Shown here piece after piece: positions 59,531 to 64,000 of a stretch of 64,000 bases of DNA. The notes under the pieces are model-generated. The model had not been told where the DNA came from and ran no database searches. It saw nothing but the letters and a program-made list of their open reading frames with translations. Where the stretch lies: assembly GCA_965112735.1 (NCBI GenBank), contig OZ218955.1, positions 992,001 through 1,056,000 on the forward strand, in the 5' to 3' direction. Origin of the DNA: Phaeosaccion multiseriatum. Taxonomy: Eukaryota; Protista; Ochrophyta, other classes. How positions within the stretch are numbered: the stretch's first letter is position 1; each line of letters starts with the position of its first letter. The position numbers and the translations under genes are program-made.

Positions 59531-61262
59531 GCTGTCACTGCCACTACCACTGCCGCTGCCACTGCCGCTGCCAATGCCACCCCACCCCATCCCCACTCTT
59601 TGCCTCCTCCTCCTCCTCCTCCTCCTCCTCCTCCTCCTCCTCCTCCTCCTCCCCTATTCTCCTCCCCGCCAGCAGGCTTTGCTGCAGTCAGTGCGGGCGG
59701 GTGGTGTGGTGATGCCCAATGCCGCTCTCTATCTGCGGTACAGAGCTCAATGGGCAGACGGAGGCCTGCTGATGCACGAGCTTGCTCACGCCTTCCAAAA
59801 TAGGCACATTCCGGAGGGCAGGGACAACGCGAGAGTCGTGGCCGCGTTTAGGGAGGCCATGCAGGTGTGTTTGTGTGTGTTTGTACGTGTGTGTCTGTGT
59901 GTGGTTGTGTTGAGCAAGAAAGGGGGAGGGAGGGAAAGGGAGACAGAGGGACATACAGGAGAGAGAGAGAGATTGAGGGAGAGGGAGGCAGCAGAGAGAG
60001 GAGGATGGGAGAGACAGACAGGGAGTGAAAGAGGCAGGAGGAGATAGAGAAGATAGTACCCGCCATTGGCCAGCGAAGCAGGATATGGTCTCATCCATCG
60101 ACGCTAACTTTGCTCCTCCCACCACCCCCTCCTCCCCCCCGCCGTAGGAGGATCTCTACACAAACGTGTACACTCGCACAGACCGCACCCCACGGAGGGG
60201 ATACGCCGCCGCTAACCACGAGGAATACTGGGCTGAGGCCTCGGTGGCACTGCACGAGCCTGACCCCACAGTCGAGGCCAACAAGTGGTTCCCTTTCAAC
60301 AGGTGCGAGTTCCCTTTCAAGTGCGTAAGGTGGAAGAACACTCTCCCCTCGCTGTCTCGCTCTGTGGGTGTCTCTCTCTCTCTGTGTGTATCGCTCTCTC
60401 TCTCTCTACATGTCTCCCTTTCTCCCTTTCTATATGTGTCTCTGTGTCATGCTCTTTCTCCGTGTCTCGCTCTTGCTCGCTCTCCTGCTCCTCTCTCTCG
60501 CTCGTTCTCTTTCACCCCCTTCTCTCTCACTCGCTCTCTCCCTCTCTCCCTGTCACTTTCTCTCTCTTCTCCGTCTCTCGCTCTGTGTGTGTCTCGCTCT
60601 CTCACTCATGTCTCTCTCTTGCTCTCTCTCTTTGTGCGTATCTTCATGTATGTGCCTCTTGTTTTTTCTTTGTGTATGTGTGGTTATGTCTCTTGCATTC
60701 TTGCTCTCTTTTTCTCTCTTCTCCTTCTCTCTCTCCTCCTCCTCATTCTCTCTCTCCCCACTCTTTACCCTTCCCTTGAACCCTATACCCCATACCCTAT
60801 ATCCCATATCCCATACCCTATATATACCCTTCACTTTGCCCTATAACCCATACCCCATACCCTATGCCCTACCCCATACCTTTTAACTCTGTACCCGATA
60901 CCCTATGTACGACCTATACGGAGAGCAGTGCCCAGCTGGCTGCACGAGACCCCCGCCTACACCGTCTCATGACGGAGCTCTGGCATCTAAGGAAGGGCCC
61001 CGACTGGCACCCGCAGCAGTTGGTGATACAGCAGCAACAACAACAGCAACAATTGGTGACACAGCATCCGCAGCCGTTGGTGATACAGCACCAACAACAG
61101 CACCAGCACCACCTCCGCCCGACTCGAGGAGTGTCGTCTTCGTCTGTTCTGGGGTTGGGCCGCGGTGGCGGCGGTGGCAGCGCAACAACAGGGGGAGGGG
61201 CTGCGGGGGCCTCTTGCTCAGGGGTGGCAGCAATGATAAACGCCAAATGCTGCATCCAATGA
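57483..61262 (+). CDS. VHL-beta-like domain + bacterial-type HExxH zinc metallopeptidase + C-terminal CaaX
   Basis: Exons ~57483-57694, 57854-58751, 58938-59195, 59675-59864, 60148-60302, 60929-61262. LQVIFQNDTSSCHTLYWVDTNG...TMTGHLFV (VHL-beta-like), RVVEGFLVCVDEAL, IWL, EEWLR, LLMHELAHAFQ, YAAANHEEYWAEAS...WFPFN.AQLAARDPRLHRLMTELW. Ends AKCCIQ*. Confidence 0.8.
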
Positions 61263-61629
61263 TTGATGGATGACGGAATTGGTAGGGAGGAAAGCGAAAC
61301 ACCTTTCAACCTTCAAACCTTGTCGTGTACTACCATTCCTACCATGGAATCATGGTAACTCCTGGTGTACTCCAAATTGTAAGCCATAGAAGCAAGGGGT
61401 TGGAAGCGGGAGAAGCTAGCGTCTGTGTCGGAGGGGCTGGAAGGCAGCAAGGGGCAGCAGCAGAATGAGAGATTCCCCTAGGGTGGGCTGATGATGGTCG
61501 ATGCCGCAGATCATTAATGCCAGTAGCACTTTTTGTTTTTTTTTCTCTTGGGGGCCAGCCCCCCTTTTCTTTCTTCAGGAGAAAGAAAAGGCAATCGGGG
61601 GTGATGATGTGAATGATGTGTGCGTATTT

Positions 61630-61864
61630 TCGACCCCTGACTTGCTGCCTACTACCTGCTACCACCGGCGCCAGCCGGCCTTGGCCTGCTACCGGCCGCC
61701 CGGCCGGCCAACCATCAACCATCAGCTGCCACCGCCGGCGTGAGCTAACTGCTACCTACGAACCTGCTACCACCGGCGTCAGCTGGCGCACTACCTGCTA
61801 CCGGCCGACCGCCAGTAGCGTGCTACCGGGTCCGGAGGTACGTATGTCCAGGGTCAGGTGTCGG
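61630..61864. mobile_element. Degenerate member of the same MITE family, upstream of ClpR
   Basis: Left TCGACCCCTGAC (61630-61641); right GTCAGGTGTCGG (61853-61864, two mismatches to the complement). Internal CTGCTACC/CCGGC subrepeats. TSD not clear. Confidence 0.5.
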
Positions 61865-61970
61865 TTGTTTTGTTTTCGGTCGATGCCATTGAAATTATGA
61901 ACTAATTTCCGAGGGGGCGGCCAAGAGAGAGCAATTAAGACTTCTCTCTGCCTCCTTTCGCTGCCCCACC

Positions 61971-64000
61971 ATGCGGTTCGCTGTGTTGCTATGCTTCTCG
62001 GGATTCTGGACACTGGCGTCTGCCTTTGTGGCGCCATCAGTAGCGGTGACGGGGAAGGCACTGCCTGCCAAGGCGGCATCATTATCACCTTCATCAAAAG
62101 CGGCCGCAGGACCAGGACAACACAGATATCAACGTCAAACGGGGTGCAGCTGCGGGAGCCAGGGTGGCAGCAGCAGCTGCCTGGGGATGAAGGGGTTCGG
62201 GAGTATCATTGACGGAACGGACAAGAGCGCTCTATTTGTGGATCCTACGAACCCGGCGTCCGACGCCAAGGTGAAGCGAGACTTGGAGGTGAGGAAGGAT
62301 GAGAGTGAGGAAGGAGGAGGAGGAAAGGAAGGAGGAGGAAGGAGGGGGAGGAGGAGGAGAAGGAACGATGAGGAGGGAAAAGGAGAAGGAGGGGGAAGAG
62401 GAGCAGGAGCAGGAGCACCAGGAAATGTAGGAGAAGGAGCAAGAGGAAGACGGAGTCAGATCGAGGCGAGCAGTGATCGGGCGGCGAAGGACAGACACGG
62501 TGGCGACGAGCATGGGTAGAGAGTGAAGCGGAGAGGCGGAGATGAAGAAGGACGCGAAGAAGAAGAAGGGAAAGGGGAATCTTTTTCTCTCATCCACCCC
62601 ACTTAGTCACCGTATTCTCCCTTTCATCGTCAAAGTCACTACTCGAAAGACCCCTCCCATATCTGCCCTGAGTCTTTGCTTCCCCATCTTCTCGTGCACC
62701 CTGCCCCTGACGAAAGGTCTGAGGAGAAGGGAAGTTGGAACACATGGACCATTCATGCTCATGCCCTACTCCTGGGGCCATCGATACACAAATACTAACC
62801 CCTCCCCCCTCCCCGTCCTCCTCCTCCCTCCAACCCCCAGATGATCACACGGAGACACCCGATGAAGATGCTCGATGGGGGGGCGATGGAGACAATGGTG
62901 TATGACGAGGCGCGCATCGGCCCCCCGCCTGACCTTCCCTCCCTCCTCCTGCACAACCGTATCGTTTACTGCGGTATGCCCCTCGTGGCCGCCGTCACAG
63001 GTGCGTGTGTGTGGTTGGATGAGAGAGAGAGAGAGAGAGAGTTTGTGTGTGTATGTGTGGTCTGTCCCTCGTGGCTGCTGCCATCACAGGTGCGCTAGCT
63101 TTAACCCTCGCCCTTCCCCCACCCCTTACCCTTTACCCTGTCGGAATCGTCCTTCCATCTTCCTCATCGTCCTTCTCCCGCTCCCCCCCCTCCCCCACTT
63201 GTCCTCCCCCACGCCTCTCCCTCGCTCCTCCCCCTCCACCTCTCCTTCGCGACGAAAACAACCCCCCCCCCCCCCCCCCCTGACACTCACACTCCCCCTC
63301 CCCCCGCACCCCACATTCTCACAGAGCTCATCGTAGCGGAGCTGCTGTACCTGAATTACGAGAGCACGGAGAAGCCCATCTACATGTACCTCAACACGCC
63401 GGGCACGTCCACCCCGGACGGCCGGTCAGTGGGATTCGAAACCGAGGCCTTTGCCATTGCAGACACAATGAAGTATGTGCGGCCTCCGATCTACACCATT
63501 TGCGTGGGGCAGGCCTTCGGAGCAGGAGCCATGCTGCTTGCTCAGGTGCGTGCGTGTGGGTGCGTGCGTGTCTGGGTGTCTCGTCAGGGAGGGGCGAGAG
63601 GAGGCGGTGGGACAGTGTGTAAAGCGGACGGATGGGTGGGGGAGGAAGGAAGGGAGGGAGGGGAAGGCGAAAGGGGAGGTGGAGAGGAATACCGCACACG
63701 TCGCTGAGCCGAAGGGTGTTGGAGCTGAGCATCCCCCCCTCCCTCCCTCACTGCTTCCTTTCCTCCTTCCCTCCCTCCCTCCCTTCCTCCCTCCCTCCCA
63801 CCCATAACCCCTCCTAGCTTTGTTGTCTCCCCCCTACTCAACTTAGCTCAACCAACTAAATAGCTGGCTCTCTTGACTAATTCACGTCCTCCTCCTCCTC
63901 CTCCTCCTCATGATCCTCATCCTCAACCTCCTCCTCCTCTTCCTCCTCCTCCTCCTCCTCCTCCTCCTCCTCCTCCTTCTCCTCACCCACTCCCAGGGCG
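61971..64000 (+). CDS. clpR: Plastid Clp protease non-catalytic subunit ClpR; 3' end outside window
   Basis: Exons ~61971-62288, 62841-63001, 63324-63545, 63997+. PPPDLPSLLLHNRIVYCGMPLVAAVT|ELIVAELLYL...KPIYMYLN.PG...GFETEAFAIADTM...TICVGQAFGAGAMLL, with Gly at the catalytic Ser position. Presequence WTLASA-FVAP. Confidence 0.93.

Overview
Eukaryotic nuclear DNA, intron-rich and dense in microsatellites, most likely from a photosynthetic stramenopile (ochrophyte alga). Several genes carry bipartite signal + 'F' transit peptides of the ASAFAP type (ClpR 'LASA-FVAP', ALB3 'HSDG-FMHP', ChlP 'VANG-FSVG', RecN 'VAA-FAFQP'). I could assemble about 17 spliced genes by hand: PRP19 (partial), a coiled-coil protein, a small TM protein, ALB3, an ELOVL6-type elongase, a DUF4168-like protein, chlP, NDUFAF8-like, Yippee, a signal-peptide aldo-keto reductase, a bacterial-type RecN, a giant IFT25-domain protein, a DH-PH-PDZ RhoGEF, a Cys-rich GPI-like protein, PSMD9, an importin-alpha-like ARM protein, a VHL-beta + HExxH metallopeptidase ending in CaaX, and ClpR (partial). 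Twelve of these sit in six head-to-head pairs. Most ORFs in the supplied track are microsatellite artefacts. Mobile DNA: two 5'-truncated CRE-like (RLE) retrotransposon ends with TSDs; an unclassified MITE family (TIR 5'-TCG[A/G]CCCCTGA, 6-7 bp TSD); and a nest of at least four levels at 47.0-47.8 kb (Gypsy RT relic > CRE end > MITE-B > MITE-A). The most unexpected signal is the 12-mer GTTGGTGATACA. It occurs exactly 10 times, plus about 10 variants, on both strands, in three different coding registers, in introns, and once as a splice acceptor, usually inside CAG tracts. A second dispersed motif, CCATCCACTGCCATCCC, is non-coding only. All calls are by-eye motif recognition; no database searches were run, and exon boundaries are approximate unless stated.
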